This document shows positions 13,115 through 25,744 of a stretch of 64,000 nt of DNA, in pieces. The notes beneath the pieces are model-generated. The model saw only the letters and a list, made by a program, of their open reading frames with translations, ran no database searches and had not been told where the DNA came from. Numbering within the stretch: the stretch's first letter is position 1; each line of letters begins with the position of its first letter. The translations under genes were made by a program, and so were the position numbers. The stretch lies in the NCBI RefSeq assembly GCF_009914755.1, contig NC_060934.1; one strand, given 5' to 3'. This stretch comes from the human T2T-CHM13v2.0 reference genome, Homo sapiens.

Positions 13115-14289
13115 CAAAATGTATAGGGCCTTCTACCTTGTACCAGTAGATTATTTTTAAAAGTTATTGTCTTAGTTCCAGGGGTAGTTACTAAGAATAT
13201 ACTTCAGATTGCCTATATGTACAGCTATGCTCTATCCTAAATAACGTAAAAATAAAGTACATACATCCAACACTCACTCTGCCAGCCTGTGTTAGTTGAT
13301 ATGAAAAATTTTCTTCATTATCTTCACTATAAATGGTCTTACATGATAAATAACACCCACTTTGAATGCAAAACAGCAGTCATTCCAAATTTAGCTTTGA
13401 AAGCTAAAGATATTGTGGCATGACTCATTTCTGATCATAACAGCTCATAAAGTTGATGAATAAACGCATTTTTAGGGCAAAGCAAGGACATAAAGCCACC
13501 TAAATATATATTAGAAATTCTGTACCTAGAAATGAAAGCTGGGTGATTTTTTTCATTAGCCATTCATTGTTATTAAGGGACAAAATCAATAACAAATGTA
13601 TTCAGCCAACTGAAATGCAATTTGACACAATTTCATGTGGGATTTCACATTCATAGTTTTTCATCCCTCCCCCTCAAAACTTTTAATAAAAAAACATGAT
13701 ATGCTCAAACTCAAGACAAATATAAAGCCTGAAATCATTTCAGCCTTTGAAGAACATTGAATGAATTCACTGTTTTACAGCTGGAAATTTTCCTGACTAA
13801 AAATACTATTTTCTTCAAACCATAGGCAGTTTATAGGGCAGCAGATTATTGACATGCCTGGAAGCTGTCAGTGTGTGGGGTTATGTTGGTAAATAACTTC
13901 AGAGGGCTCACCTGAGTGTTATGACCATTTATAGTCTGGTTTTATGTCTATTAAAAGACACTAACACAGGAGCAATCAGTAATCCTCTTGATATACTTGT
14001 ATTATTATCAGGAGTCTCCAAAGATACTCAAAGAGCTAGATGAAAACTAAAGTTGCTCAGTCAATTATCAGTCAGTGGGTAATAATTTCACTTCAGGTGT
14101 GCTTTCTGTGAGTGGGTCAGGGTTTATTTACAAAGTATAGCATATTTTCCGTCAGCATTCCTATATTAAAAAGCCTTGTATATCCATGTTCCATTTCCAA
14201 ACCAAGCTATAAACTATGCTCAAGTCAGTTCATACTAAAAAAAAAAAAAAAGTCATTTTAACATAGATGACTTAAAAAAAAAAAACCAT

Positions 14290-14900
14290 TGTTCACTTGT
14301 GAGTTTGAATGAAAAGACAGAACAAATTTTATAATGAGAAGCATCAGTATTCTCCTCAGTTTCAATGCCAACAATTCCACTCCTCAGAGGTCAATACTTT
14401 CAACCGTTTCTGTCTTCACCTATGGTAGTCACCTCCAAAACAGTAAATAAATGCTTATTTTTCATTTTTCTTTTTGTTTACTTTCACCAACCTCAATTTA
14501 CTCTCTATTATTTTTTAAAAACTAAGATTTTTAAATTATACCTTTTTTCTTCCTTTCAATTTTTAAGAGAGATAAAAATATTTAGCTTTTCTATTGGTTG
14601 CCTTAGTAAAGTTGAATAATATACCTAAAATTCTATATATTTTGCTATCAACTTTCAATAACAGCTCAGAGGATCATTATGTAAAATATTATTCAATTAT
14701 TATTTTTCTTTCCACCTGTCTTCCCAATTTTGATCTTCCAACTTCTGACCTTTTCTCTATTTTTACATTGTAAACATTAATAGCATATACATTTTATTTT
14801 GTAAATATAATTACATAATACATGTTTTGACTATAGATTAATTGCAAAACTTTGAAAAATAATAAACGAGGTTACATTGACATGTCCATATAATGATTGG
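14290..14900 (-). mobile_element. HAL1 / ancient L1-related fragment
   Basis: tacattttattttgtaa...tttgactatagattaattgcaaaactttgaaaaataataaac resembles recalled HAL1. Confidence 0.4.
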
Positions 14901-15158
14901 TTCCTAGCAGAAAGATCAAGTCGATTATTCATGGAAGCTATAGAATAATAACTGGTTTTGTTTCCTCTTAGCTGAATAGCAAAGTTTATTGGTCTGTGTC
15001 TAATGGAAGGGGTTTGTTGCCTAAGAGGCTAACTTTAGGATGCAGAAGCAGTAGGCTAGCTGATAGACTGCCCTCTACAATTCCAGGTGTTAAAATGAGA
15101 AGCGTTTCAGTCTGCAATGTCAGCATTCATGCTAGTGTTCTCCTTTAATTACTTAGAA

Positions 15159-15330
15159 CAGTGGTTTTCAATGTGCGGTCACCAGACCACTAGCGGCAGC
15201 ATCACCTGAAACTTCTTAGAGTTGTAAATTCTTGTTGTCCACCCAGAACGACTAAATCAGAAACCCAGCAATCTGTGTTTTAACAAGATTGCAGGCAATT
15301 CTGATGCAGGCTAAGCCTTGAAAACCACTA
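15159..15330. mobile_element. MER5A hAT-Charlie MITE
   Basis: TIRs cagtggttttcaa / ttgaaaaccact; degenerate 8-bp TSD acttagaa / acttgaaa. Confidence 0.85.
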
Positions 15331-15528
15331 CTTGAAAGGAGATCTCTAGGGTTTTGCAAGGGCTCAATATGGCATGTGACATGCAGAAACAGGATAAAAG
15401 GAAGAAGGCCTGATTGAAACAGGTGGTCTAGACCTTTAATTACCAATGCTCCCATTTTGAGCCCTACCCTTCACTCTTGCCTTTAAAACCATATTGCTCA
15501 AAACTCGAGTCTTTTGTCGGGCTCCTTA

Positions 15529-15708
15529 CAATGATGTTCTGGTAAATGCTTAACAAACAGCTATTGGAGGATTGGGGGTAGGGGCAGTGAGATTTGTCCA
15601 CCAGCATGGCCAATTTCAAGCTACCACCGTGACATCTCTGTACTTGCAGTTGGGAAAAGATGAGCATAACTGCAGACCCCTCTGGCAGCTGGCTCCACCA
15701 CACCATGG
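15529..15708 (-). mobile_element. MER63A hAT-Blackjack MITE
   Basis: ctggtaaatgcttaacaa...ggccaatttcaagctaccaccgtgacatc...gctggctccaccacacca. Confidence 0.75.
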
Positions 15709-16154
15709 GCTCCCAAGGAAAACTCATTCTCATGCAACACAATTGGGCCTGTTTTCAGCCCTGTTTCTTCCACTGACATGCCTTCATAAGCTTTCTCTCT
15801 TCCAGAAATTCTGTTGCCATCTCTTTCAACTGTTGACCGTTTATCATTCAGTTTTATCACCTTTTATGTTTCTTTACTAGCATTCCACTGCAGTTTTAAA
15901 TGCATGTGTTCAGTCTACCATCTTAAAACAGAACCCCAAAGACATATTAGTAGCCAAAGTATAAACTAAAAATAACATAAACCAATATACAGCTTATGTT
16001 TGATATTAAAATTTTATGGGGGATAATTAGAAAAACATTTCCAATTTTTTTTTTGTCCCTGTAGAGTCAGCAGGAAAAGGGGAATCGCCCCACAGTGGTT
16101 AAGAAGTTCATAAGAATATAATTTGTAATTTGGGCCTAAATTGAGAAAAAACAT

Positions 16155-16493
16155 GCCAGTTAAGAAAGCCTAGGTTAGACTACAATGACAAATGACCTCA
16201 ATATCTCAGTGGTTTACAACCAAAATTTATTTCTGACTCATGCAACACGCTCACATGGATAGGCTGTGGCTCTGTTACATGTCATCTTCACTCTGGGACC
16301 CAAACTTTGGCTATGGCAGAGGGAAAATAACTTGGGGTCACACGCTGGCTCTTAAACCTTTTGTTCAGATGTGACACATGTCACCTCTATTCACATTTCA
16401 TTGGTCAGAGTAAGTCACACAGGCAAATCTAATGCCATAATCCTTACCCAGAAGGGAAAGCAAATAAGTGTGAATATTCCTCAGTCTAAAACA
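16155..16493 (-). mobile_element. MLT1I/J MaLR LTR
   Basis: atctcagtggtttacaacc, gtgacacatgtcac, cacatttcattgg motifs. Confidence 0.7.
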
Positions 16494-16539
16494 CTTGGAG
16501 TAATAAGAATAATACCTTCCAGTAGATCTTACTTCATGA

Positions 16540-16660
16540 AATTTACTGCATTTTCTACATATATTACTTCATTTTGTCCTTACAAAAAGTTTGTGATATA
16601 AGAAAGGCAGTAGTGATCATATCCATTTACATTTACATAACTCAAAACAAAAGAGCTCAG
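16540..16660 (-). mobile_element. MIR fragment
   Basis: Degenerate MIR core. Confidence 0.35.
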
Positions 16661-16694
16661 TATTCGAAGAATTTACTTTCACTTGGAATTGTCT

Positions 16695-16866
16695 AAAAAT
16701 GGTCCAAGTTCCTTGGCTGATACTGAGTTCCCCATCATTGAGAGGAGCCAAACAGAAGCCATACAACAACTTAGTGCCAATGCTGAAGAGGAGATGTAAG
16801 GATCCTATAGGTGACTAACAAGATGACCTTTAAGATCTCCTTTATCCAGGAGATTCTATGGTTCTA
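16695..16866 (+). mobile_element. L3/CR1 3' end
   Basis: tgagttccccatcattg...agatgacctttaagatc...gagattctatggttcta (CR1 terminal ATTCTRTG). Confidence 0.6.
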
Positions 16867-17692
16867 CAAGTCATCCAAGTTCACAAAGCTATTAAGTGGC
16901 TGGCCTGTGGCAAATTAACATGTATACAGAAAGAGGGAAACAAAGCCCAGTGTAATTCATTGACGTTGAATTCAGATTTTTTTGTTCTGATAAATAAACG
17001 TTTGAAAAAGTTCTGTCACATATCAGTTCTTAATCAGTATGCATCAAATGTCTGTTGTTGGTTTGGTGACAAAAATGCTATGAATTATTGCTATGTATTA
17101 TCAAACCTTCCAAACACTCTGGGCCTGCTGCACTGATGTGGTTCTGAATAAAATACAGGGATATGGGCACTAGCCTGTCTATCAGTCCCCCAGACACAAA
17201 CATTCTCTTGAGTAGAATGATAAATAAACAAATGTTCCACTAGAGAGCACAAAACAAGTAGAATTATATGTCATTTCTTAGGAAAGATTGTCCTTGAACA
17301 GATGAGTTGCACAGAGGTCTTGCATTTTAAAGATATTTTTAAGACTTTATAAAGAAATAATCTACTTGCTGATGACTGTCTTTCCTCCCTTTATTCTCCC
17401 ATGAGGTTTTGGCTTTATTAACACTGATTCTAAAGTGCTGTGATTATAATATGGTTATTTGATATAGTGATCTGAATATAGCACTTGTCAAATGAAAATG
17501 TAGCACTGATATAAAAATAGAAAAAAAACTAATTTTACTATTTTAAGCACTTTACTAAAAATAAAAGACCCATCATTTTCACCTGATCATTCATTATCAG
17601 AGCTCAATCAACATAAAAAATGCAAAGAATGATATGTATCTGCTTACTGTAAATGCATTCATTCATCATTGTCTGTTTCATGGTTTGGGACC

Positions 17693-18209
17693 TGTGATTT
17701 TTAATATTGAGTGTCAATTTGATTGGATTGAAGGATGCAAAGTATTGTTCCTGGGTGTGTCTGTGAGGGTGTTGCTAAAGGAGATTAACATTTGAGTCAA
17801 TGGACTGGGAGAGAAAGACCCACCCTCAATCTGCGTGGCCACAGTCTGATCAGCTGCCAGTGCGGCGAGGATAAAAGCAGGGAGAGGAACATGGAAGGAC
17901 TAGACTGGCTGAGTCTTTTGACCTCCATTTTTCTCCCATGCTGGATGCTTCCTGCCCTCAAACACAGGACTCCAAGTTTTTCAGCTTTTGGACTCTTGGA
18001 CCTTCAACAACAGACTGAAGGCTGCACTGTTGGCTTCCCTGCTTTAGAAGTTTTGGGACTCACACTGGCTTCCTTGCTCCTCGGCTTGCAGATGGCCTAT
18101 TAGGGGACTTCATCTTGTAATCCTGTAAGTCAATACACCTTAATAAACTCCTCTTTATATATACATCTATCCTGTTGGTTCTGTCCCTCTAGAGAACCCA
18201 ACTGATACA
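17693..18209 (+). mobile_element. MLT2A2 (HERV-L) solo LTR
   Basis: TG...CA ends, perfect 5-bp TSD GGACC (17688-17692 / 18210-18214), AATAAA near 18142. Confidence 0.92.
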
Positions 18210-19489
18210 GGACCAAATATCAGATAAAAATTTTTGTGAAAAATTTAAACAACATTCTCATCTTCCAAGAACAAATATTCAGCATTCAGAAACACAAGAT
18301 TCAACATCTCCTCAGGATGTTGGCTCAGTTGATCCAGAGGCCACTGGTGACAACTAGCACCACAGTGTTAGCAAATGAAATTCTTTTCAAGCTGGTCCTT
18401 AGCCAATGACCCAGTAAATTATCTTCTTCAAACTCAATTTTAAGTGAGGCCAACCATTTAAAACTGATTTAGGTTTTGGCTCCCAGGAAGTCAGAAGTCA
18501 TGAATGGTACCAAACTGAACAGGCTGTCCAGAATGCATTGTCTCTGCCAATATTCCCCTCAGTTATTCCTCCAAGTTATTTTCCAAAGACATGAACTTTG
18601 ACCTGATTCTGGACATAGTTTGGATATGGCCAATACCAACACCTTCCTGGGAAAAACTCATGTCCCACTGTACAAGTATAACCAATTAGGAAACATAAAT
18701 ATGTATCAGTCTGCCTTACTCTGCTCCCAGGAAACAGTTCTGAACCCCAGAGTGGTGTTTTCCTAATGTAGTAGCTGCTGAGGTGTATAGAGCCAGGAGA
18801 GGTGACTCGATGCTCAGACACAGAAGTCTGAAAAAATTACTCTGTGGTTGAAATCAATCTAGTTTCTGCAGAATCCACTGGTGATTTTTCTGGTGAGGTT
18901 TAAAATTCCATTTTACTGTATTTGACACATCCAAGCTCAAATAAAGAGGACAAGGAGAAGATTCATACCTCATAAGGAATAGGTCATATATTTTTAAAAG
19001 CTTAGATGACTCAGAAATGCTTCTTTCAAATCAGTCTTTTAAAAAGAGGAGAAAAAATAAAGCTGATTTTACTGGGAAAAATATTCCATATTTAATGTTT
19101 TAAAAAATAATGAACTCTTTTATTATGAAAGTTTATGTTTATAGGTTTCAGACTGTTTTCCAGGTTGACCATTTACACAACCAGTTCTTGTTTCCACAAG
19201 ATTATATCATGTAAATATTCCTTTCTAAACCAAATAGACCACTTTTATATTCTAGTGTGTTAAGAAATACGAAGCAAGGATTTTTTTACTAATACTACTT
19301 GACTTAGGTGATTTTCTTTGATGTCTACTTACATAATTAAATTAGAAATTCTCAGTCTTGATTTTCTGCTCTCCCTACAGATCAGCAGCAACTCATTTTT
19401 TAAATATTTAGAGACATGTATTTCTGCAATTACTAGAATAAATCAATGAACACAAGCCTAGAGAAAAGCAAGATTGCATGAATATGTCT

Positions 19490-19690
19490 TTCTGCATTTA
19501 AATCCCAGGTCTGACACTGCCTTTTTGAGTGCCCATTGCGAAAACACTTAATCTCTCTGTGCCTCAGTTTCTTACTGTCAAAATGTTGGTTACAATAATA
19601 ACTGCCTCCTAAGGGTGTTTTGAGGTTTAAATGAGATAATATGTATAATGTGCTTAGAGCAGAGCTTGATGCCATGTAAGTATTTGTTGT
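19490..19690 (+). mobile_element. MIR
   Basis: cttaatctctctgtgcctcagtttc core. Confidence 0.8.
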
Positions 19691-19834
19691 ATAATCAAAA
19701 CAAACACAATAGAAAGCTATGATCAAGATATGTATAAGAATTTTGTATATTCATTCAACTTCTATTCAAAATGTATTAAGTAATTACCAATTTTACCTCT
19801 TCTAAGATCTGCAAAATTTGCTTTCTTCACAAAT

Positions 19835-20020
19835 TTTTAACTGTGTAACCTTGGACAGGTTATGTAAAATCTATATACCTCAGATTCTTCATCTGTAAAA
19901 TGGAAATAATAAACAGTATACACATGATAGAATTATATGTAATAAAATTATACTAGTAAAATGTCTAATAAAGTATTTGTCATATGGTGAAAGCTCAGCA
20001 TATGTTAATTAATATTAATA
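19835..20020 (+). mobile_element. MIR
   Basis: ctgtgtaaccttggac...cttcatctgtaaaatgg core. Confidence 0.8.
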
Positions 20021-20265
20021 CTCTAAATCAATACCTGGATATATAATAAATATGGTGTTTTATATTAGCGATGAGCAGATGGATCACCCAATAAGTGGTA
20101 TGGAGGCAACCATCATTTAAGAATGTAATGTGAGTAGACTTTTACATTACTTCTTACACCAAAATAAGAGTAAATGTCAAAATTAAGTCATTAAACTACC
20201 TGTCGGAAATGTCGGTACATTTTTTTAAATCACACCAAAGCACAAAGAACATGGAAACAATCATT

Positions 20266-20475
20266 TTAGGGATCAGACCCTTTTGTGTAAAATATCATAT
20301 ATTTGCAATCTAGAGAACCATATAGTTTCTGTTGCATATAGTCAATTCTACTATTCTAGCAGCAAAGCAACTAAAGATAGTAAGTAAACTAATAGGTATG
20401 ACTGTATTCTAGTGAAACTTTACAAAAATGTGCTGAAGGCCATTTTGGCCATAGAGCTATAGTTTTTCATTCCAT
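20266..20475 (+). mobile_element. MER58A hAT-Charlie MITE
   Basis: ccatatagtttctgttgca...gaaactttacaaaaa...ttggccatagagctatagttt. Confidence 0.6.
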
Positions 20476-21529
20476 ATCTATTTTATTCCAGTAACCTAAT
20501 CAAAACCTACACAAGATCCAGTAAAAATCATATTGGCTTACCAAGTTTGTCATATTAGCTTGGGTCTAGACTCTGCAGAATGTCATGAAAAAGAAATCAT
20601 GTGTTCTCTACCTTCAAGAACTTCATAATATAGTCAAATGAGTCCAAAATGATATAAAAAGTTATAAAGAAGTGCATAGATGTGTGTTTGAGATTATATA
20701 TGGTTTGTAGTCAACTCAGATTATGTCAAAACTTGAAGAGAATTACATGAAGTTCAACTGAAAGATTTCCCAATGGGATAGTCATTCTATCTGTGACTCA
20801 TTTTCCATGGGCACCTGCCAGTTTTTCTTCAAAAATATGAAAGAACCTGAAGATTTAATGTTCTTTTATAAATTAAATCAATTATATATGTAAATTATGA
20901 TACATTTTATTCCATATATATTTTAAGAATTTTGTTTTTAAGAGCTCCAAACATGAAACTATGCTCTCTGGATGTTCCTTATGAAATATCTGAGACAGAA
21001 GCATCTTAATCCCATTTGTTCATGTTTTTCTTATCCCATAATCAGATAATGTCTTTCATTTCTTTTGCCTTAACTAATTGGATGGTAAATTGATTTTCTG
21101 AAATGTAAGCCTGAGTTATCCCTCAATTAACTTGTTAAATTAAATATCAGCTGTGCCATCAAGGAATTCTTTCCTAGTGAACCATTAGGTTTTACAAGCG
21201 TTATTCAGTCTGTTCATTCTGGCATGACAAATATAGTACTTTGTGCATCAAACTTTTATAAGCTGTTTATTAACCTGTAGTCTAATTCAGCTTGAGAATA
21301 TAAGTTTTGTCCAAGGGGAAGAAGGAACCTCTGTGATGTGCATTTGAGGAATGGCAAATCCACACTGTTTTGATACTTCCAGTTGCCATCTCAAGTTCTT
21401 TACCACCATCTCATTTAGACCTGCTATGAAGGTGTGGCTTGATGCAATTTCTAATTCCCACAGAAGTCTCTATTTTTTCCCACTGCAGAAGACATATGGT
21501 TATTGACTCCAAATGTGATTCACTATAAT

Positions 21530-21945
21530 CTTGCCACACTGGGCTTCTTGGACCCCAAAAGTCATTCCTGGATCTTTGCATTTGCTATTTTTGCTGTCCG
21601 GAAAACTTTACCTATGATTTTCTTTTTAGTGAGTCTTGTTAGTGAGTAGTCTGCAGTTCTTAATCTTTAGTTCCTTGAAGTACTTTTTCCATATTACCTA
21701 ATCTAAAGTTGAAACACGTGCCCTCTATTGATTATTATCAGATCACCCTATTTCTTTTTATTACCATTATGTGGAATTATCCTGTTTGTTGGTATATGTA
21801 TGTGTCTATTTTATGACTCTCTTAACCAAAATGTAAGATCCATCCATGATAGCAAGTGTTCCTGTTGTAGTATTCTTTGTTGCATCTCCAGCTCTAGCTC
21901 CTATATCTGGCACATTGTAGGTCCTCAATAGTCGGATAATACAGA
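21530..21945 (+). mobile_element. L2a/b 3' end
   Basis: ctttgcatttgct...aatgtaagatcc...tctggcacattgtaggtcctcaata. Confidence 0.7.
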
Positions 21946-22526
21946 GAAAGAAAAAAGGAAAAAAGAAGGAGAGAGAGAAATGAAGGAAAAAAAGGTGAAA
22001 GAAAAAGAACCAATAGACAGATAGTAGGTAGGGTCAGTTCAGCTTCTTCTGGAATTGCCAAAGCCACATGAACTCTAAAGATCCCATTCTTACCTCATTC
22101 CCTCTTGTAGGACAAAAACATGCTTTAGGTTTTAGATGCAAGGCTGTTTCTCTTAGGGAAGTCTCCTGTACTGTGCCAATATCTTAGAGCGAATACTTTG
22201 CTTTTGAGTTCATGTGCGTGTGAGCTGGGGAGACTCCTATTCTATTTAACAATTTATTGATTGCCTAATAGTTCTAGGATTTTCTCAGCCCTCTTATTTC
22301 CTGCTTTTCCTTACTTAGGCCCTCTGACCTTTTCTCAACCCATATGTCACTACAGAAAACAAAATATGATTTAAATAACCTCTTTCCATTTTTTGTTTTG
22401 AATTTTGAGCAAGAAGATCGATTACCTCTATGATTTTTTTTTTTTTGTATTTTCAGTTAGCAGATTTTGTCATTATGGCACCAAAGAATTTGTCTGTTAA
22501 CTTTCTTTTCCATATTTATACTAAAC

Positions 22527-22832
22527 TGTCTGGGCACAGTGGCTCATGCCTATAATCCCAGCACCTTGGGAGGCCAAGGCGGGCAGATCACTTGAGCTCA
22601 GAAGTTCCAGACGAGCCTGGCCAAAGTGGCGAAACCCCATCTCCACTAAAAATATAAAAATTAACTAGGCTTGGTGGTGCATGTCTGTAGTCCCAGCAAC
22701 TCAGGAGGCTGAGGCACAAGAATGGCTTGAACCTTGGAGGCGGAGGTTGCAGTGAGCTGAGATTGGGCCACCGCACAATCTTTGAGATAGAGGCAGACCC
22801 TACCTCAAAAAACAAAAACAAACAAAAAAAAC
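22527..22832 (+). mobile_element. Alu (older AluS/Jb-like)
   Basis: Full dimer with (CAAA)-interrupted tail. Confidence 0.93.
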
Positions 22833-22924
22833 TCCAACAAATTATTTGTGCACATGATAAGGGCAAGGATGGTAAGTGCCATCAGAAAGAATAGCAACAC
22901 TCTGATGTCAATGACTGTGTTGGA

Positions 22925-22978
22925 CTGCTGCCCCCTGGCATTAATATGCCTATTATACCTGTTAGCTGGCTGACGTCA
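22925..22978. promoter_or_regulatory. Candidate CTCF-like motif (22925-22941) plus perfect CRE palindrome TGACGTCA (22971-22978)
   Basis: Motif match only; minus strand reads atgccagggggcagcag. Confidence 0.3.
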
Positions 22979-23869
22979 CTTTCTACTTTGTAGGCAAATC
23001 AACATTCCAGGTCCTAGACCTGACAGTTTGTCCTATCCCCACGCATATATTGATGCAGATATCTCTGAAAACATTTTCCCCAGTCCCAATTAAGTTGAAG
23101 GTGGTCTAGCTAAGTCAGCTGGTCATGGGGTTTGGATGTGGAGCTAGAGCTGGTATGGTGACATGTCCAAGTAAAGTTGATTTAAAATCTTAAGAACTAG
23201 AGGATATATCAGAACCAAAGTTTTCAGAGAACGCAAAAGGCTCAATATTGGGAACTTCAGTTCAATCACCAAATTTCAGAAGTCTTCTTGATGCCCTGCT
23301 GATTCTTTGAATTGCTGATCCTTCTTTGGGAAATCTATAGGGGTTTCCTACTTAAACTGGGTCTACCTGAAATGTGGTGATAATAGTATTACCTTGACTT
23401 GGACAATAAGCCATGTGCATATTCCAGTGATCCCAGACTTCTCTAGTCTTCAGAATAGCCTGATTCTTCTAATCAACCTGGTGTGAAATTCACTGGCTGA
23501 TGCATGTTTATGCTTTGTAACGTTTACTTGGTTCTTAGTCACCTGTGTCAAATGACATGTTCCCATCGGCAACTGGTTTGTTGAAATACACCCTCTCCAC
23601 AGCGAGACATAATCTTGGAGCATGAATATATGGGAAATGATACTAACAGATGCTAACACTTCCCATACTATGCCTATAGGCGATCACTCTTGTATATGAA
23701 CATGCCTAATAGACACTTATTACGTATGAGTTTTTAGGTAAGTTGCCTGTACACATAATGATATTGTCATTTTTAAATGTGTAGTACCTTGTTTTTCTGT
23801 TTCAGTGAATTTAAAATTCTGTAGCAGAGTATTTTGTTGTTAAATATCAATAACTAGCAGATAGAGATA

Positions 23870-24065
23870 TAGCCTTCATAAAGTTATACCTTTAGATTCC
23901 TTCCCATTTTCTGCCGCAAGAATTTGTAATGTTGAGTAAATCTTGCTAAACTTCAGTTTTTTATCTCCATAATAGGCATAATGATATCATGCCCTATCTC
24001 ACAGTTATTATAGAAAGCAAATTAGAATGAAAATCACAAAGGTACTTTGAAAATTTTAAAATTTT
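23870..24065 (+). mobile_element. MIR
   Basis: cttcagttttttatctccataatagg...tcacagttatt degenerate core. Confidence 0.5.
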
Positions 24066-25661
24066 CTACCAAGTAAAAATAATATTTTAACTTTTCAAGG
24101 CACATCCAAGTATAATTGTTGTCATCATTGCTACCAAGAAAATAATGTTTAATTTTTTAAAGCTCTTTTTTTCACTGTCACTATTCACACAAATCAATTA
24201 TATTAAGGGGCCAGAGAGAATAAGAATAGCCTGTCTTTCAAGTCCTTTATTAATGAACACTAAATTGACATGCAAATCATGTACAAAATAATTTGATAAA
24301 AATAGATTTTGTTAATTGGTTTGGCTTTGACCATAAAATAACCAACACATCTAGTGCATTAATTATCATGAGCTATCCCCAAATGTTGCAAGTGAATCAG
24401 TTGTGTGATACACATCAATCATTAATACCAGTCACCACACAGACATGGCCTTGGACTTAATCCTTTAGACACTATGTTAATTTTCAAGATGATATTAATT
24501 ATGTAACAGTACTTTTGCCTTCAGGCAAGTTGTTTTTATTTATCAGAGAACAGGGGCAATTCTGTGGTTTCTTAGCTGGATGAGTGACTATAGAAAACCC
24601 TTTAAAAACGTGAATAAAGTCAACATTTGAAGAATTGTCATATAAATATAAGAAATTATTGCCCCAAGAGATAAGAAATCTTACGCTACTGAAATAGAAT
24701 CAAGTCACTGGCTGTAAAGCACCAAGCACACTGACACATTTTGTTATTGTAATTTTATGTGGAATTCTCCAAGGACATTTGGTATATCACATTACAAGAC
24801 TGCAAATAATTTCTTAACCTTTAATCAAAAAAACTGAAAAATGTTCCTCCAACCTACTGCCCTATTTTATTACAAAGAAAAAGCCTTTGCTTAAAGCTTT
24901 GCTTTGTTTGCAAATCAAATTATCCATTGTAAAATAACATTGAAATTTATAGCATATTAAAATTATTCTCTCAGGAATTATTTTCATCATATTACTGAGA
25001 ATACAATACTATGACTCAGTGGAAATAAATAATTCACTAGCAAGTTATAATGTCCTTTTCTAAATTTAATTGTCAAGGCTGAGATAGGATAAACTGCTAT
25101 GGGGGAAAGCAACCTTAATATAAGAGTCATTTTTATAAAGACACAGAAATATTAAGCATTCAAATATATGCAGAACGTAAATTTATAAAGGCACTGACAA
25201 AAGTAGCTAGTAAAAGATAATTTTACACTTGTGTGAAAAAGCTACTGCTTAACATTAGTGTTGTATCACCTGAGTAGGCCAACTTACAGTTTGTCTTTAC
25301 GAAATGAAGAGTTTACAAGGGCAAGATAGGGAATGGCTGGAGAAAAATGAAGATTTAAAATGCAACTAGCTCTCCAAAGATTAAGGTGAATGTTATTTTT
25401 ACAATGAAATAAAAACAATAAATATTCTAGGCAGTCAAATACTTTTGCAAATAATTTTCACTTTTTGTATAATGTGGGAAATTATTCTAATGATATTTTA
25501 GTTGGTAAATGTTTTAATAAAACATTTTTACCTGAGGTCTAAAGTCCAATATATAAATATTTATCTTTCAAACAGAAAAATTGTTTCTCAACTCTTTGAG
25601 TTAAACAATAATCCACTTCTATGTTCTGCATCTAGTAATCATTACATTTCAGTTTAAAAGC

Positions 25662-25742
25662 TTATCAGTCAGGGTTCAATTACTGAAAACAAAATGCATT
25701 CTAACTGATTTAAACAGAAAGGCTACTGAATCACTTACAGAA
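25662..25742 (-). mobile_element. MLT1 (K/L/M-like) LTR terminal fragment, truncated at L1PA7
   Basis: tatcagtcagggttc...tgatttaaacagaaagg...cttacagaa. Confidence 0.4.
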
Positions 25743-25744
25743 GA

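Noticed and set aside
15187-15200. CTCF-like ccactagcggcagc
   Set aside because: One base short of the core spacing and lies within MER5A.
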